The notes beneath the pieces are model-generated. The model saw only the letters and a program-made list of their open reading frames with translations, was not told the DNA's origin and made no database searches. A DNA stretch of 64,000 nucleotides from Pseudomonadota bacterium (GTDB lineage: Bacteria > Pseudomonadota > Gammaproteobacteria > Xanthomonadales > SZUA-38): NCBI GenBank assembly GCA_039195135.1, contig JBCCVP010000010.1, forward strand, positions 1,215 through 65,214, in the 5' to 3' direction. Below, in pieces: positions 1-9,148 of this stretch. The position numbers and the translations under genes were made by a program. How positions within the stretch are numbered: the stretch's first letter is position 1; each line of letters starts with the position of its first letter.

Positions 1-553
1 TCCCCAGCGGGGTGCTGATGGACACGAGCGGGCTGCGCCGCAGGTCCTGAGCGAGCAGCCACGGCGCGCCGTAAGACATCCAGTCCAGTTCGCTCTCGCC
101 GGTTTCGTTGGCAAAGAAAAACGCCAGCAAGCTGTTGTGGGCGCCGTCGGTGGGCACCTCCACCACCTCGACGGTACCGTCTTCCGCCTCGACCTCAACC
201 GATTGCGTCAGCGCCATTGCCGGCGCTGCGGGCGGAGCCGAGCTCACGGCGCGCTGCCCGCCCATCACCAGCGCGACGGTGGCTGCGGCAAGATTGAGGG
301 CAACAAAAGCAGCCTGAAAACGAGTCCAGCGATCTTTTCCCGGGGCGCCGTGACCCCAGGCGACAACGGCTACCGTCGGCAGCATGGCGATCATGCCGAT
401 GAACACGTAGGACGTAAGATTCTCCGGCAGGGCAAAGCGCTCGATGACCCAATCACCGATCTCCACCGCCATCCAGGTGGCCGCGACGTAAAAGCCGAGG
501 ATCTGCGGCACCCGTCGGCGCCATAACTCGCTGAAAAATGAGGGTTCTGACAT
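1..553 (-). CDS. Membrane-anchored TolB-N/TPR-type protein, N-terminal part only (runs off the window start)
   Basis: Not in the ORF track. Manual translation from ATG at 553 gives MSEPSFFSELWRRRVPQILGFYVAATWMAVEIGDW..., then about 3 hydrophobic helices and FFFANETGESELDWMSYG, open to position 1. The 'FFxELxRRxV' start is typical of this gammaproteobacterial family. Confidence 0.75.
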   Translation of the reverse strand, partial: MSEPSFFSELWRRRVPQILGFYVAATWMAVEIGDWVIERFALPENLTSYVFIGMIAMLPTVAVVAWGHGAPGKDRWTRFQAAFVALNLAAATVALVMGGQRAVSSAPPAAPAMALTQSVEVEAEDGTVEVVEVPTDGAHNSLLAFFFANETGESELDWMSYGAPWLLAQDLRRSPLVSISTPLG

Positions 554-679
554 GTCGCCTGCCCAATTTTGACCCGTCACAATACCGGCACCCGTCGGCC
601 GCTTCAACGGCCGAAAGTGCTGTTATCTGGAGGCTAGCGGTGGTGCTGTGGGGTCCGTGTGAAGTCGCCGGGGCGGCGG

Positions 680-1624
680 TCAGGCCCGCTCGGCGGCGGC
701 GGCGTATTCCGCCTCAAGCTGCGCCACGATGGCCCCCGCCGGCTCCCGCCGGGTGACCGATCCGACGCCGTGGCCAGCGGACCAGACGTCCCGCCATGCC
801 TTTATCTTGTCCTGGGAAGCGGACAGATCGAAGCCGCTGCCGCTGCCCGGGTTGTCCGGGTCCACCCCCATCTTCTCGAGGCTGGCCCGCAGGTAATACG
901 CCAGGGCCCCACTGATGCGATCGGTGGCCACCAGATCGTCCGGCGTGGCGGCCACCACCATATCGCGGTATTCATCGCTCGCCAGGCTCTCATCCGCCAC
1001 AATGAATCGGGTGCCAAGATAAGCCAGGTCCGCGCCGGCCACCTCCGCCGCGCGGATGCCGGCACCGTTGCCAATGCCGCCGGCGAGCACCACGATGCCG
1101 TCAAAAAACTCCCGCACCGCGGTCACAAATGCCAGGCCGTTGAGCGAGCCGGTGTGGCCGCCGGCGCCGGCGCTGACCAGCGCCAGTCCGTCGACGCCCC
1201 GGGCGACGGCTTTGCGCGCCAGAGGAATGGTGCTCACGTCGGCGATCACGATGCCGCCGTAGCTGTGCACCGTGTCCAGCACCGGCGCCGGCCCGCCCAG
1301 CGCGGTGATCACCACCTCGGGCTGATATTTTGCGATCAGCGCAATCTCGGCCTCCAGCCGGTCGTAGGTGCGGTGGGTCGTGAGGTTGGCAGCAAATGGC
1401 GCAGCTTTGGGATTGGCGGTGATCTGCTCGGTGAGCGTCGCCAGCCAGGTCTCGAGCGTTTCGAGGGTGCGCGCGTTGGGAAAGGGAAAGGCGCCGATCA
1501 CTCCGGCGCGGCAGGCCGCCGCCACCAGCTCGGGACCGGACACCAGAAACATGGGCGCGCAGATGGCCGGCACGCTCAGGCGGCTGCGGAGGTTGGCGAG
1601 CTTCTCGCCCGGGGTGGGGCTCAC
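680..1624 (-). CDS. Nitronate monooxygenase-family FMN oxidoreductase
   Basis: APMFLVSGPELV N-terminus, GAGGHTG, LAGGI and YLGTRFI motifs. The start overlaps the stop of the upstream dioxygenase. Confidence 0.9.
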   Translation of the reverse strand: MSPTPGEKLANLRSRLSVPAICAPMFLVSGPELVAAACRAGVIGAFPFPNARTLETLETWLATLTEQITANPKAAPFAANLTTHRTYDRLEAEIALIAKYQPEVVITALGGPAPVLDTVHSYGGIVIADVSTIPLARKAVARGVDGLALVSAGAGGHTGSLNGLAFVTAVREFFDGIVVLAGGIGNGAGIRAAEVAGADLAYLGTRFIVADESLASDEYRDMVVAATPDDLVATDRISGALAYYLRASLEKMGVDPDNPGSGSGFDLSASQDKIKAWRDVWSAGHGVGSVTRREPAGAIVAQLEAEYAAAAERA

Positions 1625-3048
1625 GCGCTGCGCATCTGCGTGGTTTTGGCCCAGGTACCGTGAAATCCAAGCGGCACGCGCTGCGGCAGATGAACCTGCG
1701 CCAGCGGTCCGGCTGCCAGATCCGCCGCGTCCATCACCCAGAGGCTGGCGGTATCTTCCAGCACGTTGCTGACAATGGTGACCACATAGCCGTCGTCTTC
1801 GCCGGCGGCATCCACCCGGGGCGCAAACGCGGGCTCCGAGCCAAAGCAGTTGGCCGGAAACTTCAGCGTGCTGGCGGCGCCGCGTTCGTAGTCGTACTTC
1901 ATGATGCCGTCGAACACCTGCGTGGAGGTATCCGGGATGGTGGCGAGGTACGCGTAGCGGCTGGGCCGGCCCGTGACGTCCAGATTGATGGTGGGAAACT
2001 CGCCAATGGCGTCGTCCACCGGCCCTTCCGAGGTGGCGCCGGTTTTGAGATTCATGCGCCAGCAGTAAAGGTGGGCCCGCAGGGCCAGCACGTCCACCAT
2101 GCCGGCGTAGGGTCCAAAGCGATGATCCAGCGGCCGCCCGTTGTCCAGGAAGCGACAGCAGTGGAGTACGAGCTCATCGCCTTCTTCCCAGGCGTTCACC
2201 ACGTGATAGATGTAACACGGCTCAAACTCAAACCAGCGCACGTCCTCGTCGGAGCCGCCCCGGGGGACTACTCCGAAACGGGTGGCGAGCTTGGGATCAA
2301 AGTGAATGTTCCAGCTGTGGTTGGCCAACGCACCCTCGGTGAGCACGACGGGCAGATCCATCAGCACGGCGTAGTTTTCCGTAATCGCCATGTCGTGGGG
2401 CAGCCGGGGGCCGGGCAGGGCAATCTCGGTAAAGTGGGTGAGCTCATTGTCCGCTGACACCTCGCCGTAGCTGTAACGCGGCTCATAGAGCTGGTAGTCA
2501 AAAAACAGAAATTCCCCCGTCGCCGGGTCCACCTTGGAGTGGGCGGAGACGTTGCCCGGCAGTCGCCCGGAAAAGGTCTCGGTGCGGACCGTTTCCAGCG
2601 TGCGGGGATCCAGCCGCACCGGCTGCCCGCTCACGTACCACAGGGCCAGAAGCTGGCCGTTGTGGATGATCACGTCGGTATTAGCCGTGTCCTTATAAAA
2701 GGTAGGCGTGGTGTCGGCCACCGCCGGGCGCATGATGCCGCCTTTGGTCAGTTCGCCCGCCTCGTCGGCCTTGAAGTCCGCCGAGCGCACGTAGCGATTG
2801 CGGTATTCGGCCTCGCCGTTGTCCAGCGAAACCGCGTGCAGCATACCGTCGCCGTCAAACCAGTGATGCAGGTCCAGCGGCGCGCTGCGGGGATTGGGGC
2901 CGTTGCGGTAGTAGGCGCCGCTCACGTCCGTCGGCAGCTCGCCGGTGACCGGAAGCTTGCCGGCGGCCACCTCCCGGTGGACCGGTCGATAGGGGCCGTG
3001 AAGATAGGGGTTTAGCTCATTGAGCTGCGGTTCGCTGGATTGCGCCAT
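1621..3048 (-). CDS. Carotenoid oxygenase / lignostilbene dioxygenase family (RPE65-like) enzyme
   Basis: YYRNGPNP, HWFDGDGM and GSEPAF motifs. Four Fe-ligand histidines in SAHSK, LPHD, YIYH and GFHG. Confidence 0.93.
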   Translation of the reverse strand: MAQSSEPQLNELNPYLHGPYRPVHREVAAGKLPVTGELPTDVSGAYYRNGPNPRSAPLDLHHWFDGDGMLHAVSLDNGEAEYRNRYVRSADFKADEAGELTKGGIMRPAVADTTPTFYKDTANTDVIIHNGQLLALWYVSGQPVRLDPRTLETVRTETFSGRLPGNVSAHSKVDPATGEFLFFDYQLYEPRYSYGEVSADNELTHFTEIALPGPRLPHDMAITENYAVLMDLPVVLTEGALANHSWNIHFDPKLATRFGVVPRGGSDEDVRWFEFEPCYIYHVVNAWEEGDELVLHCCRFLDNGRPLDHRFGPYAGMVDVLALRAHLYCWRMNLKTGATSEGPVDDAIGEFPTINLDVTGRPSRYAYLATIPDTSTQVFDGIMKYDYERGAASTLKFPANCFGSEPAFAPRVDAAGEDDGYVVTIVSNVLEDTASLWVMDAADLAAGPLAQVHLPQRVPLGFHGTWAKTTQMRSA

Positions 3049-3130
3049 GAGTAATACCAGTGGCCGAAAGCGGGCAACAGCAATAACCTATCCCATCGAG
3101 CTGGGAAATCCCAGATAACCGGATCCGGAT

Positions 3131-4357
3131 ATGGCAGATGCTCTGATTTTTGATGCGGTGCGCACCCCCCGGGGCAGGGGACTTAAGCCTCGGGATGAAA
3201 AACCTGGTGGCGCGCTGTACCCCGTTCTCCCCCAGGACCTGGTGGGCACGCTGGTGGATGCCCTGCGGGAGCGGCTCGGCGCCGCCGCGGTGAACTCGGC
3301 CCGCCGTCTGCTGCTGGGCTGCGTGGGGCAGGTGGGCGACCAGGGGGGGCACGTAGCGCTGGCATCGCGGATTGCGGCGGGACTGCCGGACGCCGTGGTG
3401 CCCAAGTCGATCAACAACTTCTGCGTTTCCGGACTGTCGACCGTGATCGAGGCGGCGCACTGGGTGCAGGCGGACGAGCAGGGCCTTTGCCTGGCCGGCG
3501 GCGTGGAGATGATGTCCCGCGTGCCGTTTCTGGCGGACCGCGCCACCTGGAACACGGATCCTGAGTTGATCCAGCGCATGGGTTGGCTTGCGCCCGTGCT
3601 CGGCGCGGAGCTGGTGGCAACGCGGGAGGGTTTTACCGGGCCGGAGCTTGATGCGCTGGTGCTGCGGTCTCATCAGCGGGCCAGCGCCGCCTGGGAGGCT
3701 GGGCACTACAAGCGCAGCGTGATCCCGGTGAAGGATGCCGAAGGGGAGGTACTGCTCGAGCGCGATGAGTGGATCAGGCCCAACCTTACGGCCGAAGCTT
3801 TGGCCGCGATGGCACCGGCGTTTGCTGACCTGGGCGCGAGCGGCCAGGACGCGCTGGCGCTGCAGGCGTTTCCGGATCTTGCGACCGTAGAACATGTACA
3901 CACGCTGGCTCATTGTCCTGGCATCTCTGACGGCGCCGCGCTGGTGGTGGTGGGGAGTGAGGAGGCGGGCCGGGCGGCGGGGCTGCGTCCCCGGGCTCGC
4001 ATCCGCGCGGTGGCGGAGGCCGCCGGCGACGCCTCGCTCCAGTTTGGGGCTGGCCTTAAGGCGATGGATCAGGTGCTAGAACGATCTGGGGCGTCGCTGA
4101 ACGACATGGACCTGGTGGAGTTCATGGAGGCTTTCGCCGCCCCGGCGCTCTGGTTCGAGCGCCGCTACGAACCGGACCTTGCGCGCGTCAACGTCAACGG
4201 CGGCCACCTGGCCATGGGCCACCCCATGGGTGCCACCGGCGCGATCCTGCTCACCACGCTTCTGGACGAACTGGACCGCCGTGACGCCGAGACCGGCCTG
4301 GTTGTCACCCTCGCCGGCGGCGGCCTCGGCGCCGCCCTGCTCATAGAAAGAGTCTGA
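3131..4357 (+). CDS. Thiolase (acetyl-CoA C-acyltransferase) family protein with an atypical active site
   Basis: DAVRTPRG, NNFCVSGL, GGVEMMSR and NVNGGHLAMGHPMGATG motifs. NEAF reads MEAF and the C-terminal CxGGG reads LAGGG. Confidence 0.9.
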   Translation: MADALIFDAVRTPRGRGLKPRDEKPGGALYPVLPQDLVGTLVDALRERLGAAAVNSARRLLLGCVGQVGDQGGHVALASRIAAGLPDAVVPKSINNFCVSGLSTVIEAAHWVQADEQGLCLAGGVEMMSRVPFLADRATWNTDPELIQRMGWLAPVLGAELVATREGFTGPELDALVLRSHQRASAAWEAGHYKRSVIPVKDAEGEVLLERDEWIRPNLTAEALAAMAPAFADLGASGQDALALQAFPDLATVEHVHTLAHCPGISDGAALVVVGSEEAGRAAGLRPRARIRAVAEAAGDASLQFGAGLKAMDQVLERSGASLNDMDLVEFMEAFAAPALWFERRYEPDLARVNVNGGHLAMGHPMGATGAILLTTLLDELDRRDAETGLVVTLAGGGLGAALLIERV

Positions 4358-4364
4358 TCGAGCG

Positions 4365-4387
4365 TTAGACCCCAAGCGGGTCTGACC
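4365..4387. repeat. REP-like palindrome, single copy between convergent genes
   Basis: ttagaccccaagcgggtctgacc; its 21-bp core is identical to the right arm of the 31959-32145 element. Confidence 0.75.
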
Positions 4388-4399
4388 GAGGGCAGGTGC

Positions 4400-6094
4400 C
4401 TACCCCTGGGCCACCATGTCCGCAAGCGCCGACCGCACCACCTTATTCATGGCGTTGCGCGGCAAAGCCTCCAGCACGACCAGCCGCTCCGGCCACTTGA
4501 ACTTGGCCATCTGCCGCTCCTGGAAATGGGCAACCAGCCCCTCCAGCGTGATCGACGCCTCGGGCACTGGCACCACCACCGCACACACCTTCTCCCCCAG
4601 CGTGGCGTCCTCATAAGCACACACCGCGCCTTCCGCAATCTGCGGGTGCGACTGAATCACCTCATCCAACTCCTCCGGCGAGATCTTCACCCCGCCGCGC
4701 ACGATGATGTCTTTACAGCGCCCGACAAACCGGTAGTACTGATTCTCCGGCCCCACAATTTCAAACAGATCGCCGGTGCGAAAAAAACCGTTTTCAAACG
4801 CCTCCGCGTTGTCCTCCGGACTCTCAAAGTAACCGTCAAAGACGCTGGGTCCGGCAATCAACAGCTCTCCGGATTTCCCAGGCTCGGTGATCGGATCGCG
4901 GGACTCCAGATCCACCAGCTCCGTCCGCTGCCGCTGCCCGGCGCGGTTTTTCCAGGAAAACTCCGGCCGCCCAAACCGCGGAAAGTAAAGCGCCCGCTCC
5001 CGCGGATCCGGCACGTCAGCCGGATTGCTGATCATGGCGGCCCCTTCGTTTGATCCATACAGGTTGATGATGTCGATGCCTGTGTGGGTTTTGAATCCGG
5101 CGACCATGTCCGGCGCCAGCGGCGCGCTTCCGGAGCCAATGGTCTTGAGTGAAGAAAGGTCAAACGGCGCCAGCAGCTCGTCCCGGCGCTGCAGCAGCAG
5201 GTTAAGCACCGCCGGCGGCGCCACGGTGTAGACCACCTTTTCCTGCGCGATCTGCTTCAGAAAAACCATCGGGTCAAACGGATGGTGCAGCACCAGCGTG
5301 CCGCGAATCTTGAGCCAGTAGTAAAGAAACCCACCGAGCGCCGCCATGTTGACGAAAGGAAACGGACACAGCATCACGTCGCCGTCCGAAAGGCCGATCG
5401 CATCCTCGCTGGCCAGGGTGGAAGACAGCCAGTGGTTGTGGCTCCGGGGCACCCCTTTAGGACGACCGGTGGTGCCGGAGGTCCAGCAGATGGTGTAAAT
5501 GTCGTTAGCCGACTGGGTCAGCGACGCGAGGTACTCATCAGCGCCGTCGGGATCTGCGGAAAGTTCCTGACCGTCTTTTGTCAGCCGACAGGATGCTGCG
5601 CTCAGGTCAAAATCGAGCCGCTGGGTCTGCGTCGGCAAAGCAGCATGATTGGATTCGGCGAAGCTTGCTTCACCCAGGCTGGGGCAGGTGATGTACGCCT
5701 TGGGCCTGACCGTCTCCCCCACATGGCGCAGTTCGTGCTCCCGGTATTGGACGGCAACGGGGCTGACCACCAGGCCGAGTTGCGCCGCCGCGAGGTACGT
5801 CAGAATGATCTCAACCGTATTGGGCAGCTGCACCACAACCCGGTCGCCCTGCCGCAGCCCGGCGGCATACAGCTGCCGCGCCAGCAGCGCACAGGCCTCG
5901 TCGAGCTCAGCGTAGGTGAGGCGCTGGGGTGGTCCTCCGGTCAGCGCTTCCCGGTTTGCCGGATCCGCGAGCGCAACCGCGTCGGTTGCCTTTTGGACCG
6001 TCGATGTAAAAAGAGAACTGAGCGTTTCCGTTCCCCACCAGCCGGCGGATTCAAACTCAGCAACGCGATCAGGGTTTGCGGTCAATCGATGCAT
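4400..6094 (-). CDS. Class I adenylate-forming enzyme (acyl/aryl-CoA ligase)
   Basis: WTSGTTGRPKG P-loop, YGSNE, FRTGDL, GRCKDIIVRGG and LPRNAMNKV. Confidence 0.92.
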   Translation of the reverse strand: MHRLTANPDRVAEFESAGWWGTETLSSLFTSTVQKATDAVALADPANREALTGGPPQRLTYAELDEACALLARQLYAAGLRQGDRVVVQLPNTVEIILTYLAAAQLGLVVSPVAVQYREHELRHVGETVRPKAYITCPSLGEASFAESNHAALPTQTQRLDFDLSAASCRLTKDGQELSADPDGADEYLASLTQSANDIYTICWTSGTTGRPKGVPRSHNHWLSSTLASEDAIGLSDGDVMLCPFPFVNMAALGGFLYYWLKIRGTLVLHHPFDPMVFLKQIAQEKVVYTVAPPAVLNLLLQRRDELLAPFDLSSLKTIGSGSAPLAPDMVAGFKTHTGIDIINLYGSNEGAAMISNPADVPDPRERALYFPRFGRPEFSWKNRAGQRQRTELVDLESRDPITEPGKSGELLIAGPSVFDGYFESPEDNAEAFENGFFRTGDLFEIVGPENQYYRFVGRCKDIIVRGGVKISPEELDEVIQSHPQIAEGAVCAYEDATLGEKVCAVVVPVPEASITLEGLVAHFQERQMAKFKWPERLVVLEALPRNAMNKVVRSALADMVAQG

Positions 6095-6144
6095 GGCTCA
6101 GCCCAGGCCTTTTCACGAGCCCAGATCTTAACCGAATGATCGAG

Positions 6145-6221
6145 TGGTGCCCCGACCAGGAGTCGAACCTGGGACCTACGGCTTAGGAGGCCGTCGCTCT
6201 ATCCAGCTGAGCTACCGGGGC
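6145..6221 (-). tRNA. tRNA-Arg (anticodon CCT)
   Basis: Reverse complement is GCCCCGGTAGCTCAGCTGGATAGAGCGACGGCCTCCTAAGCCGTAGGTCCCAGGTTCGACTCCTGGTCGGGGCACCA: 77 nt, with D-loop, anticodon loop CTCCTAA, GTTCGA T-loop and encoded CCA. Confidence 0.97.
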
Positions 6222-6295
6222 TTGCGAGGCACAATCTTACGACGAATTGGCGCGGCGTGCCGTGGAGCGATGCCTGTGAAAGACTAACCTGGAGC

Positions 6296-7198
6296 CTAGT
6301 CACTCGAGTGTGTTCGCCGATCGAAGTATTGGGCACAAAAGTCTATAAACTCACGGACTCGTGGCGTCGTATGTCTACTCTGGGGATAGACCGCAAACAA
6401 CCCGATACTGCTTTCAACCTGTCCTGAAAGCACCTCCACGAGCTCGCCGCTGTCGAGTTGGTCAAGCACGAAAAACTCCGGAAGGATGGTGAGCCCCAGA
6501 CCTTGCACGGCGAGGTCTCGAGCGATCTCTCCATTGTTGACAGTGACGTTTCCGGACACCGCGATCTTCTGACGCTTTCCATCGCGTTTCATAGGCCAAC
6601 GGTTGGCAAAGCTGGCGACCGTATCAACAATGCAGTTGTGGTCTTTCAACTGACCAATCGTCATCGGAGTTCCCTCAGATGCCAGGTAGCGCGGGCTTGC
6701 AACAACGATAAGTCTGAATTGCCCCAGACCGCGGGCGATATGGGAAGAATCGGGCAGGTCGCCAACCCGAAGAGCCAGGTCGTAGCCCTCATCGATCAGA
6801 TCAACGAATCGATCGACGGCGAACAACTCAACGTCGATGCGTGGGAAGGCCAGCAAAAACTCTGGTAGCACTCGCCGGATGCATTCTTTTGCCAGGAAAA
6901 CTGGCGCCGTCAGTCGGAGCGTACCGACGGGTTGAGACAAAGTCTCATTGGCCGTGCTCTTAAGTTGCTCGACGTCCCGCAATACCCTCTGGCATTCGGA
7001 CAGGTAGTACGCTCCTTCTTCCGTCAACGAAACACTGCGCGTGGTTCGCTGAAGCAGACCGATCCCCAGCCAGCCTTCCAGTTCGATCACCTGTCGGCTG
7101 ACCGATGAGGTCGACAGTCCGAGAGACCGAGCCGCTGGCGCAAATCCGCGGCGCCGGACCACCTCCCGGAATGCGGTCATGGATTTGATGACATCCAA
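6296..7198 (-). CDS. LysR-family transcriptional regulator (CrgA/DmlR-like)
   Basis: N-terminal HTH FAPAARSLGLSTSSVSRQVIELE, then LLQRTTRSVSLTEEG and VDLIDEGYDLALR. Divergent from the SBP gene. Confidence 0.95.
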   Translation of the reverse strand: MDVIKSMTAFREVVRRRGFAPAARSLGLSTSSVSRQVIELEGWLGIGLLQRTTRSVSLTEEGAYYLSECQRVLRDVEQLKSTANETLSQPVGTLRLTAPVFLAKECIRRVLPEFLLAFPRIDVELFAVDRFVDLIDEGYDLALRVGDLPDSSHIARGLGQFRLIVVASPRYLASEGTPMTIGQLKDHNCIVDTVASFANRWPMKRDGKRQKIAVSGNVTVNNGEIARDLAVQGLGLTILPEFFVLDQLDSGELVEVLSGQVESSIGLFAVYPQSRHTTPRVREFIDFCAQYFDRRTHSSD

Positions 7199-7201
7199 TT
7201 T

Positions 7202-7224
7202 ATTGTCCCTTTTTTCGGGATAGT
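7202..7224. promoter_or_regulatory. Putative LysR-binding dyad
   Basis: Imperfect inverted repeat ATTGTCCC-N7-GGGATAGT directly upstream of the lysR start in the divergent region. Confidence 0.5.
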
Positions 7225-7348
7225 GATTTTCATATTAGACCCATTATCGTGCCTGAATCCACGATCTATAGTGGCATCGTGTCAGAGGATTCACCCACTG
7301 GCCGCCGCGGAAGCGCGGCCGACCTAGCGGTAACGGGAGCGACTCATC

Positions 7349-8446
7349 ATGAAAAAAACTCTTTTGGCTTTTCTGGCTATCGGTGTGATCTGCAGCACTG
7401 CTGTGGCTACCGAAATCGAAACCAAGTCACTCGATGAGCTTTACGCTGACGCGCTCGCAGAGGGCGGCAACTTTGTCCTGCGGGCGGGCGGTGATAAGGC
7501 CGACCAGATTGACTACTACTTCGACAGATTCAAGGCGCGTTTTCCGAAGCTGAAGGTTGTGCACAGCGTCGATGTGAGTCTCAATCACGCGCCGCGCTAC
7601 GACAACGCAAGAGCCGCCGGCGGAGAAACCGGAATTCCCGACGTCATCCAGTTTCAGACCCTGCACGACTTTGACTACTACGCCGACCGGGGGTTACTCG
7701 AACCCTACAAACCCAAAAACTGGGACAAGGTCTTCCCCGACCACAAGGATCCCCACGGGCGCTGGACCAGTGTCTACGGCGTCACCTTCAGTAACTACGT
7801 CAACATCGACATGGTCGATGATGCGCCGAGGGATGCGCTGGACTACCTGGATCCGAAGCTCAAGGGAAAAATCATCCTGACCTATCCCCACGACGATGAT
7901 GCGGTTTTGTATCAGTTTTGGAATCTGAAGGAAAAATACGGGTGGGAGTATCTGGAGCGGCTGCTGGAAAACGAACCGGTGTGGGTGCGAGGGACGGCCA
8001 TGCCCTACATCGCTATCAACAACGGCTGGTATGCCGCGAGCTTCACGACGTTTTGGGCTTTTGAGTCAGGGCCTGCCAGCAAGACGCAGTTTCTGCTGCC
8101 GGAAGAAGACTTCTTTCTGACCTGGTTTCAAACCGCAGCCATCCCGACGCAGGCTAAGCACAAAGCGGCCGCAAAGCTCTATCTCAATTGGATGCTCTCA
8201 GACGAAATGCAGAGCACATGGGTGCAGTTTCCGGTTCGCTTCGACATTGAAGCTCCGGCCGGTTATCAGTCCGTCCTACACCACAACACCTCTCCTGGGG
8301 ACTTTCGGCGTTTCATGATGAAGCGCGCGACGTTGGAACGATTTCGTCTCCAGATGCGCCAGCTAATCGGCGAAGCCCAGGGACCAACACCGGTCGACCT
8401 CAACTACGGCACAAGGCCAGGGCCGGCAAGCGCGGCCGATCAATAG
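7349..8446 (+). CDS. Periplasmic substrate-binding protein (Fe3+/thiamine/polyamine-type, PBP2 fold), orphan
   Basis: Sec signal peptide MKKTLLAFLAIG..., ELYADALAEGG, LDPKLKGKIILTYP and HKAAAKLYLNWMLSDEMQ. No adjacent permease or ATPase. Confidence 0.85.
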   Translation: MKKTLLAFLAIGVICSTAVATEIETKSLDELYADALAEGGNFVLRAGGDKADQIDYYFDRFKARFPKLKVVHSVDVSLNHAPRYDNARAAGGETGIPDVIQFQTLHDFDYYADRGLLEPYKPKNWDKVFPDHKDPHGRWTSVYGVTFSNYVNIDMVDDAPRDALDYLDPKLKGKIILTYPHDDDAVLYQFWNLKEKYGWEYLERLLENEPVWVRGTAMPYIAINNGWYAASFTTFWAFESGPASKTQFLLPEEDFFLTWFQTAAIPTQAKHKAAAKLYLNWMLSDEMQSTWVQFPVRFDIEAPAGYQSVLHHNTSPGDFRRFMMKRATLERFRLQMRQLIGEAQGPTPVDLNYGTRPGPASAADQ

Positions 8447-8512
8447 CCCGGGCGGTACGGGACCAATACCGGCGCGATTTACAGATCCGAATTGGATATC
8501 CAGGAGACATCG

Positions 8513-8989
8513 ATGCCACGCAAGCTAAACCTGAAACATCGACCAGGCAGCAGGCCAAAAACGACCAACCAACTTCCCCACTCGCAACTTGACCAGCATG
8601 GACCCGACTCGGTGATCGATAAGCTCCACGATTGGGCGTTTTCCCTGTCGGGCGTGGAGAATCGGAGCAGTCGCATATCTGTTCCGGGTGCCCGTGCTTT
8701 GGTGATGCACGCGAGCATCGAGTGCAATCAGGATGCGTTTATGATCGATCGGGAGTTTGCGCATATTCATCCGCATCCGGACAGCGGAAGTATGCACGTC
8801 ATGCTTGACCCCGAAGACGCGTCGGAAGTTGCTGACAAAGGCTGGGGTGAGGACCATTACCTCGTCACAGCAGGACGGCTTCCCAAGGGGCTTGTGATGG
8901 TCTTTTCTCCTCGTGATGATGTCGAGCTGGATACGATCAAGCAGATCGTCAGGCGTTCTTACAACTACGCTGTGGAAAGACGCGATTAG
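8513..8989 (+). CDS. DUF5519 / 'luciferase'-domain family protein
   Basis: SD AGGAG at 8502 before the ATG at 8513. EFAHIHP..GSMH, GWGEDH and VFSPRDDVEL motifs. Confidence 0.75.
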   Translation: MPRKLNLKHRPGSRPKTTNQLPHSQLDQHGPDSVIDKLHDWAFSLSGVENRSSRISVPGARALVMHASIECNQDAFMIDREFAHIHPHPDSGSMHVMLDPEDASEVADKGWGEDHYLVTAGRLPKGLVMVFSPRDDVELDTIKQIVRRSYNYAVERRD

Positions 8990-9036
8990 AAACTGCGGCA
9001 AACGATTGAGCGTTCGTATCCTGGTCTGGCCGCTTT

Positions 9037-9117
9037 AGCCCCAACATCGTCGTGATTCCAGGCACAACCTCCGTCGCCCACCTGGAACAAAACGTTCGAG
9101 CCTGGGATCACATTTAG
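9037..9117 (+). pseudogene. C-terminal remnant of an aldo/keto reductase
   Basis: Intergenic frame reads SPNIVVIPGTTSVAHLEQNVRAWDHI*, matching the AKR C-terminal SPNxxxIPGTxSxxHLxEN motif. In-frame stop at 9007-9009 and no plausible start. Confidence 0.65.
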
Positions 9118-9148
9118 CCAAGGCCCGCGGGATCGGTACACTTTGCCG

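Noticed and set aside
6145-6295. tRNA-Arg as an active prophage or ICE attachment site
   Set aside because: No integrase, phage genes or duplicated tRNA 3' end was seen in the window.
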